64,000 nt of DNA from an uncultured Nitrososphaeraceae archaeon (GTDB lineage: Archaea; Thermoproteota; Nitrososphaeria; Nitrososphaerales; Nitrososphaeraceae), in NCBI GenBank assembly GCA_963837175.1, contig CAWIMJ010000010.1:1-64000 (forward strand). The letters are read 5' to 3'. A model generated the notes under the pieces. That model did not search any database. It was not told where the DNA came from and saw only the letters and a program-made list of their open reading frames with translations. Positions 22,986 through 33,629 of the stretch are shown here, piece after piece (position 1 is the stretch's first letter; each line of letters starts with the position of its first letter). A program made the translations under genes and the position numbers.

Positions 22986-23344
22986 ATTAATGTTCTATTT
23001 AGTTATTAAGGTGCATAATAATTTAAAATTAAATAAATATCAATTTATAAGCTTAAAATTGTACTCGAACTCCTAGATCAATATTAGCAAATATACGACG
23101 TGGTTAATCATAAACTCAAATATTAACATGCAATGGTAACAGTCAGAAGCATAAGGTAGCAGGGCAATCAAATTGGTAGCACGTAGTAAGAACTCGAGGA
23201 GTAGACCAAATCAATTTATAATATAATATAATGTAATAAAATCTTCTGTATATACGTTCATCTAATTTAATATTACTATAATAAAATTGCCTCTGTGATT
23301 CCACAAAATTTTTAATTGTTTGTTGATATTATCTGGTATTATAT

Positions 23345-24217
23345 ATGAATTATGCTAAAGCAGGCTTTCATGTTTCTATTGTTGGAGGAATTTCAAATTC
23401 TGTAGACAACGCTTTAAAAATTGGTTGTAATGCATTTCAAATATTCAGCAGAAACCCAAGAGGTTGGGCTGTAAAGCCGCTTGAAGAAGCCGAGGCAAAA
23501 AAATTTCAAACAAAATTGGCCAATAGCAAAATTCAAAGAAGTTCAGTGTGTGTTCATATGCCCTACCTTCCTAATCTTTCTTCTCCTGATTCTGAATTAT
23601 ATAACAAATCAATTGATTCTCTTGCAGAGGAGGTAAAGAGATGTGGCATGTTAAGTATTCCTTACCTGGTAATACACCTTGGCAGTCATCTAGGAAAAGG
23701 ATCCAATAGTGGAATCAGTCAGGTAGTGAAAGCATGTAGACTGGCATTTGACCACTACAAATCATCGTCAACTCAAGATGGTAATTCAGTTACTATGTTA
23801 TTTGAAAATAGTGCAGGTCAGAAAAATAACATAGGAAGTAAATTTGAAGAAATTCGAGCAATACTGGACAAATTAAACTCCGCTGGAGAATTTGGTGTTT
23901 GCCTTGACACATGTCACACATTTGCCGCTGGCTACGACTTGCGGACAGAAGATAATGTAAATGCAACTATTGATCAATTCGATAACACAATAGGGTTAAA
24001 AGAATTAAAAATGGTGCATTTAAATGATTCTAAAGATAAAATAAACTCCAATCGTGATCGACATGAGCATATTGGATTTGGCAATATTGGAAAAGAAGGC
24101 TTCAGAGCACTATTTAATCACAAGAGGATAATGAGGTTACCGTTGATAATGGAAACTCCTAAAGACAATAAATGTGACGACTTGAAAGTTATCCTCGATC
24201 TCATTGGGCAGGAATAA
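23345..24217 (+). CDS. nfo: Endonuclease IV (AP endonuclease family 2)
   Basis: GFHVS, HMPYLPNL, ENSAG, CLDTCH, HLNDSK, DRHEHIG, IMETP. Confidence 0.96.
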   Translation: MNYAKAGFHVSIVGGISNSVDNALKIGCNAFQIFSRNPRGWAVKPLEEAEAKKFQTKLANSKIQRSSVCVHMPYLPNLSSPDSELYNKSIDSLAEEVKRCGMLSIPYLVIHLGSHLGKGSNSGISQVVKACRLAFDHYKSSSTQDGNSVTMLFENSAGQKNNIGSKFEEIRAILDKLNSAGEFGVCLDTCHTFAAGYDLRTEDNVNATIDQFDNTIGLKELKMVHLNDSKDKINSNRDRHEHIGFGNIGKEGFRALFNHKRIMRLPLIMETPKDNKCDDLKVILDLIGQE

Positions 24218-24540
24218 GATTGAGGAAAAGACCTGAATGATAATGAAATTTTTTAGATTTAGTTATTAATATCCATTTTACAACTAACTTATTTTATAAA
24301 ATGTAGAAAATATAGAATAATATATACTGTAGAGCTTCAATCCATATGAGACAAGTAAACTTTCCAATCTGAGGAAGCCAAAAACTCAATTGTTTTCTAA
24401 TATTGATATTATGTAGCTGGAGATTTGGCTGTACATAGATATGTGTTGTCGAGTCTGATTCTAATTCTGATGATTGTTTTCGCACATTAATTTTCTTCTT
24501 TGTTCTCATTGAACTTACAAAAAAGCAGTAACATCAGAAA

Positions 24541-24615
24541 CGAGCCCGAAGGGCTTCGATCCCTTGATCTGCGGTTCCGAAGACCGCTGCGATGTCCTAA
24601 CTACGCTACGGGCCC
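24541..24615 (-). tRNA. tRNA-Arg(TCG), intronless, CCA not encoded
   Basis: GGGCCCG...GCGGT CT TCG GA ACCGC...AAGGG ATCGAAG CCCTT CGGGCTC G cloverleaf. Confidence 0.95.
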
Positions 24616-25272
24616 ATCTAATGTTTATTCTTCAAGGGCTCGTCCTATATCAACGGAACTAATATGTACATTTCGGTCAACTGATCTCTATGGTTGTTGA
24701 GAACTTGAGATAACATACTATGTTTATTTTGTTCTATTGGAAAACCTTATTTTTTATTCATTATAATTTTTGACTAGGTTGATAGCAATAATAAATATGA
24801 TATTTTGTATTATCTGTTTTTATCTATAACAATACCTCCATTATGATATTGGAATAATACTAACTAGTAACCTTTTCTCCAATTTTTATTCTAATTCCAC
24901 ACTTTCATAAACAATAAATATGGTTGATAAAGCATAAATGGGTCGAGAAGATTTATAATTACCGTTATTCAATATACATAATTTGACATTGAAAAACTAA
25001 TAATAATTCAACCACTGGCTAATACATATATCCAAATTTTTATTAACTATCCATTCTTTGAACATTCAACAATATTTAGACTCAACTTAACATCACAATC
25101 AATTTAACTAGCCAGTTTTCATTATTCAAATTATATTCTTATTAGAAAAGTTGAAAGAACATTGAATGATTGGAGTCTCATTCCGATCGAACTGTATCAT
25201 CAAAGCAAAATCAAAAGCCATTTCAGATAAGTAAATTTCTTAAAGGATATAAGAAGTGTAGATAGTATTTCT

Positions 25273-25596
25273 ATGAAAAAAATACTAGTGAAAAATATGT
25301 ATCTTATAGTCATAAAAAATAATTATTTAAAGATCGGCTTACTACTATTAGTTGCAAGTGGAATTATTGCAATATATCTAAATAATGAAGGCTTTAATTG
25401 CCTATCAAAATTAAATAGAAGAGAAGTAGATTCTTTTCATACAGCAGGTGAAACATCAGAAGGACTAGCAGGTTATTGTTTCTTTGTAACAAATTCTTAC
25501 GTATATTCATTATTTGGGATTATAATTGGAGCCTCAATAATTGCTTTCTGGTACTGTAAATATAGAAATATATGGCATACCAAATATAAAAAATAG
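25273..25596 (+). CDS. Small two-TM membrane protein with a Cys pair in the loop
   Basis: 107-aa ORF, two hydrophobic segments. Confidence 0.65.
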   Translation: MKKILVKNMYLIVIKNNYLKIGLLLLVASGIIAIYLNNEGFNCLSKLNRREVDSFHTAGETSEGLAGYCFFVTNSYVYSLFGIIIGASIIAFWYCKYRNIWHTKYKK

Positions 25597-25787
25597 ATTC
25601 TATTAGTTCTTTTTCTTTATATCTTTGTTTGTTTTATTATTGGTTGTATTTTATAGGGAAAGCTCTATCGGCTATATATCATCATAGATCGGGATTCTAT
25701 GAAATGGAAGTCGAAATAATGAAAACTAGACACATTTGATCCTGCGATACTCTATTTAATCACATTGTAAAATATAATATTATGTCT

Positions 25788-26612
25788 GGCGCTGTTAACT
25801 TAAGGAAAAGTCTATAGCTAAATACATTGCATTCTTTCTTTCTCTTGATATCTAAAACAAGAAATAGGACATCATTTGAAGATATCGCTTATGGATCGTG
25901 CTTGTGCTTGTACCTTCTAGGTCTTCTTTCATTCATTTCGAAATTCATCAAGCATTATCTTCAAGAATTATAAAAAGGAGTCATGTTGCAATATGGAACT
26001 AGGTCCAAAGGAACAGACTGATCCAAAAGAATTAGCTATAAAAGAAGAAAAGTTTCTGAATTTACAATTTAGATGAAACACAAAAATAAGAGTTGGAAAT
26101 AAGAAGTATTTTTGGATTTGGATATATGTTATTGAACCAACAGCAGAAAGAAAGATAGATTGATTCTTGATGTTTATCTTTCAGCAGCAGAAAGAAACAT
26201 GTTTGTTGTTGTAATAGAGAAATTTCTAAACTCATTGATAAAAGATAAGATTATGGAAAAACAAACATACACTTTCAACAGATATGGTGGTAGTGGTACC
26301 TGGTATCTATTATACATGCATATATGTAGACTACTACTACTTCTCAAAGTAAATCACCACAACCACCACCACCACCACTACTACTACTACCTCCTTCACT
26401 CTACTACTACTATACTACTACTCTAACTATAAGAGAAAAGCATTATCTAAAGAAGAACAATCCATAGATTAAAAGGGATAGAACTGAATATTATGATGAT
26501 TATTTTCCATGTAGAACTGAGAAGTGTAGACTAATCCATTTGAGAAATTGATTCAACCTTTTTGTAGAACTATCATAACAGAGAGGTGATTATTGCTTAA
26601 GTTAACATGTCC
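25788..26612 (+). mobile_element. Decayed IS6-family element (825 bp)
   Basis: TIRs GGCGCTGTTAACTTAAG / CTTAAGTTAACATGTCC; flanks TTATGTCT / TTGTGTCT (7 of 8 match); transposase fragments RNRTS, WIWICVIEP-like, ERNMFVV, GGSGTWY. Confidence 0.85.
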
Positions 26613-26767
26613 TTGTGTCTAAATACGTGATTATAAAAAATAGTAAACTTTCAATCATTCACGTATTTTGAGCGACGTAACAGTACTACCTCTACAAAAT
26701 GCTAATGGAAGCCACAGTTTATGATTAGGAGTATGATTCAATCAGATATTGAGAGGCTTTTTATACC

Positions 26768-26962
26768 GTGGATACAATATTCATTGAGTGGATTGACTCT
26801 TCCATGAGTATTAAATATGAACAGGAGATGCATGATAAGAACTATACCTACAAAATGCATTTATGCCAGACATGTAAAAATTTGGGATTTATATTGGGAA
26901 CTGATGAAATAAATAATACAGAAAAGATGTTTATTGAGGAATGTCCTGAATGCAATTCTTGA
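26768..26962 (+). CDS. Small CxxC...CxxC zinc-binding protein
   Basis: HLCQTCKNLG...EECPECNS; start uncertain. Confidence 0.6.
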   Translation: MDTIFIEWIDSSMSIKYEQEMHDKNYTYKMHLCQTCKNLGFILGTDEINNTEKMFIEECPECNS

Positions 26963-27025
26963 GGTGTCCAATATGTTCAATAGCCTAAGAAATATTATTA
27001 CCATTTTGTATTCATGGATTGGTCA

Positions 27026-27268
27026 TTAAATAGCTTCCAAATATGCCTGCTTAAGTTGTAATTTTCCCTTTGAAATGGTGTTATGTGGCTTTGTTCTTAG
27101 AACGCGGCCACAACAAGGACATTTAAGTCCATCCCATTGCAAAAATGTCTCACATTCTATACATCTTTTATGACCTTTCATATAATAACTTAGTTCGTTA
27201 GACGATTTATGAGCTTTATATTTATGACAGATATCTTTACAATACAATCTCAACTTACTGTTTTCCAA
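27026..27268 (-). CDS. Small Cys-rich zinc-finger protein
   Basis: CKDIC...KRCIECETFLQWDGLKCPCCGRVLRTKP. Confidence 0.8.
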   Translation of the reverse strand: MENSKLRLYCKDICHKYKAHKSSNELSYYMKGHKRCIECETFLQWDGLKCPCCGRVLRTKPHNTISKGKLQLKQAYLEAI

Positions 27269-27743
27269 ATTATATCAGCGACTAGTTCAAACAATTCTTT
27301 TGACTCTGATCTTTTGAAAGTTGAGCATCCTCTTTCAAACTGGACATTTGGATTCGGTTCACAGTAGTCTAACATCATATAATTCCATCTAATATTAAAT
27401 TCAATACAGGTTAAAAAACTTTTAACTTAGTATCAACAATTTGCAAAACCAATTCTAGCTAAATATTCCCTGACAGACAAGATATTTTCATTGCGTTACT
27501 AACTATAGTAACTATCTCAATCCAACTTTTCTCGTAATAAATGATGTTTAAATTTATAAATATATTATGGCTATTTTATATTAGATTTAATAATAACAAC
27601 AGTGAATTTTATTTTGAGAGCATTTTGATTGTTACTTCTACAAATCTTTTTTCCCCACACAATCAGGTTTTTCTTGAACTAATTGTGTCATCATTATGTT
27701 ATTGAAACTTATTTAAGTCATAAAAGCAATTAATAATGTTATC

Positions 27744-27863
27744 ATGTGCTTTGACTATGAAATTCCGCAAAAGGGGAAATTAAAGAATAGAGAATTAGAG
27801 GAGAGTGTCGAAGTCGAACCAGAACGTGAAGAGGAGCAATCTATAGTGACTTCAGCAAATTAA
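27744..27863 (+). CDS. 39-aa acidic microprotein
   Basis: MCFDYEIPQKGKLKNRELEESVEVEPEREEEQSIVTSAN*; TTATTTAAG box about 30 nt upstream. Confidence 0.6.
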   Translation: MCFDYEIPQKGKLKNRELEESVEVEPEREEEQSIVTSAN

Positions 27864-28433
27864 CGGTAATAAAATAAATGCTGTGAAATCCGATTTCATC
27901 AGGTAAACGAAAGATGTGAAAAAGCACGAAATACAAATGCAATCATTGTTTGGAATACTAACTTTTTACTGCAAGTATCGCGATCGAGACTATAAGTGAC
28001 AAAATACATGATTTCACATCTATATCAATGTGAAAGTTTAAAAATTCATAATTTTCAAGAATAAATTTTTCTCAATGGATTGATCTTTCCGTGATATGGT
28101 TAAACCTTATGCATCGAATATCCTATGTTATTATCTTATTATTATTATCATCATCATTATGTTCTGCTCCAAAACCTAGTGTTCTACAGATGACTTTAGA
28201 TTTTGTATTCTTCTCCTAATATGTGTAAAATGCATTTATTAAATCTGATATAATCAGACAGTCCATTTACAATACCTTAGACATTTATATAAGTAATCTC
28301 AAATATAATGATAATAAAATGGTAGAAAATGGATATAACTATAAGAGTACTCAAATGGAGCTCATACCTTTCAGTTAATCAACTTGAGAATCTAATTATT
28401 AGATAATATAAGAAATCCAACATCCATGAGTAC

Positions 28434-28800
28434 ATGTCAATGTTCAATACAATGATTCATTCTAATCTTGCCAGGATTATATCCAGCGGCAAGAATATGA
28501 ATCCAGATATAGTTTCAGCTCAAAAGCAATTGCAAGCGAGCTTTATTATCCCAGTCTCAACACCATACTCAGAGCAATTTAAAAGACAATCAAATGAAAT
28601 TACTAATACGCACTAAAAGTAGTTGGTATTAACAATCAATTAACAATCAATGCATTAGACCTTACAAGAGAGAACTTGAATTCTATAGTCGAACAGATGA
28701 TGCAGTAATAGAATTGCAATAATATATTAGAGGCTGAACAGGCTTTTCTGCTGCAGCTTAACAAGAACAAAGTCCTACAAACAGTTAAAACCATCTTCTT
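28434..28800 (+). pseudogene. Decayed helical (phasin-like) hypothetical protein
   Basis: SAQKQL...PYSEQFKRQSNEIT and INNQLTINALD fragments in shifting frames; family from memory. Confidence 0.45.
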
Positions 28801-29121
28801 TTTCTTCTTTTCTTTCATTAAAGATATTTTCAGAAATTATTTGCCCATTATAGAAAAACTTGTAGTGAATTCTTCTATTAGGCTGTTCATTTAGTCAGAT
28901 TCTTAAATTTAAATATAGCTGTAACTAAATTCGTGTTGCACAATGCTGTGGACATTATTTTATGACTTTCAAGGCATATTCTACATTAATACATTTACCT
29001 TTTCCAATTCGTTTAATTAGTGATTTACATTTGTTAAATAATGTCTCTTGAATAATCTTATATGAGAAATCCAAATGCTAAACTGCTATTTCAACAGTTT
29101 TATATTGAATTAGAGGCTATG

Positions 29122-29844
29122 CTATAATTTATTGTTTTCTAAATACTCGTATACACGATATATGCTTCCAGGATTAAAGAGAGAAGGATAATTCCACTTT
29201 ATTGGATCCAGATTTACCTCTATAAACTTGCTATCATTTAAAAAATCTTTATGACTTGATGATGATAGAAGAATATTGTAAATAAATTCGCCAACCAACA
29301 CTTGATTAGGCTTTGCAAGAGACACAATCTTTAAGGCCATACTTATACTGGAACCAATTATATCTATGTGGGCTTTTTCTAAACTCTTTCCATAAAGCAC
29401 TACTAAAGCATTGCCATAAGCCAATCCTATTCTTACTTTAATTTCAGGTAAATCATTTGTCTTAAACGCAGGATTAATAACTTCTTTTATGATTTCTAAT
29501 ATTGCTCTTGAACATTTTAATGCATTTTTGCAGGCTTTTGCCTTATCATATCCTGCAGGAAATAATAGAATAACCGCGTCACCTTCATATTTGAAGACAT
29601 ACCCACCATAACCTAATGCGGCAATGCTTATTTCTTGAGCAAAGGTTTGTATCATTAACGCAAATTTATTCTCTGGTAATGAGAGACTCATTTCTGTTGA
29701 GTTATTAATATCTATAAATACGATCACTAGGTTTGTTTTGCTGTTTACATGTCTTCTAAGCAATTTTTTGGATTCTTCGGTTGACATGTTTAGTTGGATA
29801 CCATTGCTCAAGGTTTTATTTACTCTTGCATGAATCTGATCCAT
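29122..29844 (-). CDS. Class III adenylate/guanylate cyclase domain protein (N-terminus possibly frameshifted off)
   Basis: VFIDINNST, KYEGDAV, VRIGLAYG, DIIGSSISMA. Confidence 0.88.
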   Translation of the reverse strand: MDQIHARVNKTLSNGIQLNMSTEESKKLLRRHVNSKTNLVIVFIDINNSTEMSLSLPENKFALMIQTFAQEISIAALGYGGYVFKYEGDAVILLFPAGYDKAKACKNALKCSRAILEIIKEVINPAFKTNDLPEIKVRIGLAYGNALVVLYGKSLEKAHIDIIGSSISMALKIVSLAKPNQVLVGEFIYNILLSSSSHKDFLNDSKFIEVNLDPIKWNYPSLFNPGSIYRVYEYLENNKL

Positions 29845-30119
29845 TGAGGGCAGGTTGGTAAAACTCGTAGGTATCTCCTCTCTATATCATTACTTAAGCA
29901 ACTTTTACTTGCGAAACTAGTAACTTTAACTTGGCATAGGCTTTCAATTTTGCTGATATCATAAGAAGTATGCCCAACTTTCTAATTAATAGGTGTTACT
30001 TTGTGAATTATCTTCCGTATCATCACCAAATAGACAAACATCCTACAATTAATATATATGATATGCATCAGAAATCTGTATAGACAGGTTGATATTGTCA
30101 ATGCATTTCATTAATTAAA

Positions 30120-30680
30120 ATGTTAGCTGGAGAGAAAATTAGGCAAATCCTATACTCGGAAATAAAAGACATAGGTAAGGAAAAAATTCAAGCAAAGATC
30201 ACTTCAAACATTGAATCATCCCAACATTATATTCATAAAATAATGAATGAATGTATTACAAAGCTGACTTATGAATCAAGTGATGATGATATAACAATTG
30301 CAACTTTATGCGAGATCCTTCTTCATTTTATGCTTACAATTTGTACTTTACCATCAGAAAGAAAAATCCGGGTTAAAAACGATCTTACAATTGATGTAAT
30401 TATACCAAATTTACAAAGTTTAAAGACAAAACCAGATAGATCAATTATTATTCAGATTATCAAGGATAAGATAGATTTGAATAGAATATTACAATTGGAG
30501 TTCTTTCAGCCAAACCATGAAAATATTTGGTTGATATCTGCCAAACCACTTCTAACAACAAAATACACGACATACAGTGTATTCCCGGATGCCGGATTAC
30601 ATAATTATTCAAATATTATAATAGACATAGAGAACTTTCTAAAAGAAACAGGGGATAAAAGCTTTAGATTCATTCATTAA
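30120..30680 (+). CDS. Hypothetical protein
   Basis: 186-aa ORF; LLHFMLTICTLPSERK...IDVIIP. Confidence 0.8.
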   Translation: MLAGEKIRQILYSEIKDIGKEKIQAKITSNIESSQHYIHKIMNECITKLTYESSDDDITIATLCEILLHFMLTICTLPSERKIRVKNDLTIDVIIPNLQSLKTKPDRSIIIQIIKDKIDLNRILQLEFFQPNHENIWLISAKPLLTTKYTTYSVFPDAGLHNYSNIIIDIENFLKETGDKSFRFIH

Positions 30681-31402
30681 CATAACAAGCTGATTAATAC
30701 AATGCAGAAGTCTTTCATATTCATACCATATTGATTATTATGATTAAATTCAGTTATCGGCTTAATAGAAGGTATATTCAATATATTTGCTGACCATTAC
30801 TAGTATAGAAATATGCAGTAAAGATATTGGTCTTGTCATACTGGTAGCCTCTATTATATGGAAATCCAGTCAAAATTAACGCTTGTAGAGTTTCATATAG
30901 CCGATCTGTAACTTAAATCTTTTAAGCCTTTTCTTAAAAAATAACTAAATCCTGCAGTAATGGCTATGATTATATAAGTTCTATTTTTCTTTTTCCTGTA
31001 CGCATAAACGTTCATTAAATAACTTTATTTTATAATGCTTTAGTTGCAATCACTCCACTTAAAACATCTTTCGGACTGAGATTTTGTAGCAATAAAATTG
31101 AAGTATTTTGCTTACTTATATGAGTTAATATATCTGAAGAAATTGATATCAGAACTTATTCATAACCATAAATTACATTACATTCTTTATTATTTCGCCT
31201 TCTGGTTAGCAATCATCAATATAAACCCATGTGATCTTCTATACTGTCTATTCATTTGAGATTCTGCAACCTCAGCAATTTGTTACCGATTGTGAACAAT
31301 GAAGAATAATAATCAACCGAGCAAAGTTGTATTCATCTTAAGTTTTATGGTGATAACAGATAACTATATTAAATATATAATCGAATTGGATGCTTATTTC
31401 AA

Positions 31403-32225
31403 ATGTCTATTGCAAATGTGAAAGGAGTTAAAATAAAATACGACGAATTTGGAAAGGAAAGAAATAAGCATATCTTGTTTATACACGGCCTCGGCTCTTC
31501 CTCTATTGCTTGGCGGGATATTCCAGAAGCTCTATCAGAACATTTTCATACAATAACTGTTGATTTAATAGGCTTTGGTCTAAGTGATAAACCAGAGATA
31601 GAGGACTATTATAAAATAAAAGGATTTAGCAAATTTATTATCGATTTCAAAGAAGCAATTGGGATTGGAAGAAATGAAAAGATAACTATAGTGGGTCACT
31701 CATTGGGTGGCTATATAGCTGGCAGAAGTTGCCATAGAAAATAAAGATCTAATAGAAAAACTTGTATTGATAGATTCCTCCGGTGTTCTTATGCAACCAA
31801 CTCCAATGCTATTACTATATCTTGATGCTGCAATGGAAATAGATCCTATACTAAGATATAAAAAAGTAAAAAGGATATTTGAGGATTTGCTTGCAGAGCG
31901 TTCAAGGCTGCTTCCTATAGCAGTTGATCTATTTATTGGAACAATTGGAAAACCAGGAGCAAAACAAGCATTCAAAACAGCATTCTATGATAGTACTACA
32001 AAACGGATTGAACTAGATAGACTAAATCAAATTAAAGATATTCCTTGTTTAATCATTTGGGGAAGACAAGATAAACTGATACCTTTAGAGTATGCTAACG
32101 AGTTTAAAGCAGTCTTTAAAAAAAATCTTGATTCGTTTGAGATAATAGAAGATGCAGGGCATGGACCATTTGTTGAGAAGACAGCTATAGTATACGATAA
32201 ATTACGTACATTCTTAACACATTAG
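31403..32225 (+). pseudogene. Alpha/beta hydrolase split by one +1 frameshift at about 31721 (probable sequencing error)
   Basis: FIHGLG, GHSLGG nucleophile elbow, WGRQD, AGHGP; removing one G joins the two ORFs. Confidence 0.85.
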
Positions 32226-32330
32226 GATACAAAATACTGATATACGTTGTTTTTAATATGAGAGCAACAAAAGTATAGTAGAATTTTAAAAATTAAATAG
32301 ACGTAGTTTAAATATATATTGCTGTAAAGT

Positions 32331-32675
32331 ATGGTGCAATATTATAGTACATTTATTCTTGATTTCATGACTATTGATTTTGAGCTTGATTCTAATATTC
32401 TCTTAGAAATGTTATCATACTATAAGGAAATATGTGGATTCAATAAAGAAGATGACATCTTTGATTTAGCTCAACCTGTATCAAATGCAGGATGGTCATT
32501 TTCAAAATTATTTCTTGCTGGAGGATTTGTTGAAAGACTTTACCGGGCCAATACCGATGATATTAATGATTCTAGAGGCAAAAAATTTGAAGAAAAGTTT
32601 GTGTCATGGTTAAGTACAAAATTGAATGATAGTAAATGCAAAGCACAAATAAAGATCTCAATAGAGATGAGATAA
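32331..32675 (+). CDS. Hypothetical protein
   Basis: 114-aa ORF. Confidence 0.72.
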   Translation: MVQYYSTFILDFMTIDFELDSNILLEMLSYYKEICGFNKEDDIFDLAQPVSNAGWSFSKLFLAGGFVERLYRANTDDINDSRGKKFEEKFVSWLSTKLNDSKCKAQIKISIEMR

Positions 32676-33629
32676 AAATAAATGGAATTCTTTAGATTAG
32701 ATCCTAATTTATCTTTTTACTTTGAACATTGTTCTCATTCTGACTAGCGTCTGTCTTATCTCGATCTGTCAACAGAAAAAATCTCAATTTATACTTACAG
32801 CCTTACTCCACGATATCCATATGCACACATGATTTGACGCCACATGGCGCAATATTATACCAGCAAGTATTGTGGTTAAATGTGATAATCTTTCCTTCTG
32901 TGGAGTCGCTTCATTGGTAGTATCGATGTATGTTAGTAGATAATAATTTTATTGTATATTAACTTGAACTTAAGTATTCGTATAAGTTATGTATTAGTTA
33001 ACGACTTTACCTTTAATCTAGATTCTTTTATCTCCTAATATCAATTATGCGTTAAAGTGACTTCAACTGTTTTTACTTAATGCTGAGAAGATCTATTGTT
33101 TAGAATAAATGCTTACTCGTCACTTACCGACGGTATAAAAGTATCAATGATCCTAATGCCTTAGTTATTATAATAACTTTAACTGAGTAGCCATCATTAT
33201 TTTTCCATACTGTGACATCTTTTCTGCTAATTATCATAACTTCACCTTCTTTGTATGAATTTTTTACATCAATAACAAAGGATAATCTATAGTCACCATC
33301 AATATCGGTTTACATCAAAATAGATTATCTCATTACCATCGAGGTCGCCGTAGGATATGTTAAACTCATTGATATTCTCATAACTTGTGTTAGTTTCATT
33401 TTTATTGTGCTGAGTAGTTAAAAGATCCAAAGGATTCTTTGGATCTTTGTTGTAGAGCTGAGGCGATTTGACTCAAATTCTTAGCTCGATTTTATGAAGA
33501 GAGGTAATTAAAAGATGTGTAAGTGCTATAAACAATTTCCTCGTTGCAAATTTCAATTAGTATATAGAAGAGAAAATAAGAAAAAGTAAAAATAGTTCAT
33601 ACTGGGTTTACAGACAAGTAAAAGGAGAA

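Noticed and set aside
20340-24560. Integrated element using either tRNA 3' end as an attachment site
   Set aside because: No duplicated tRNA 3' segment and no integrase seen; the intervening genes include housekeeping pckA and nfo.
24541-24570. Atypical T-loop ATCGAAG in tRNA-Arg as a sign of a pseudogene
   Set aside because: All stems are intact, and I recall this loop type in other thaumarchaeal tRNAs.
24500-24700. 66-aa ORF
   Set aside because: Antisense shadow of tRNA-Arg.
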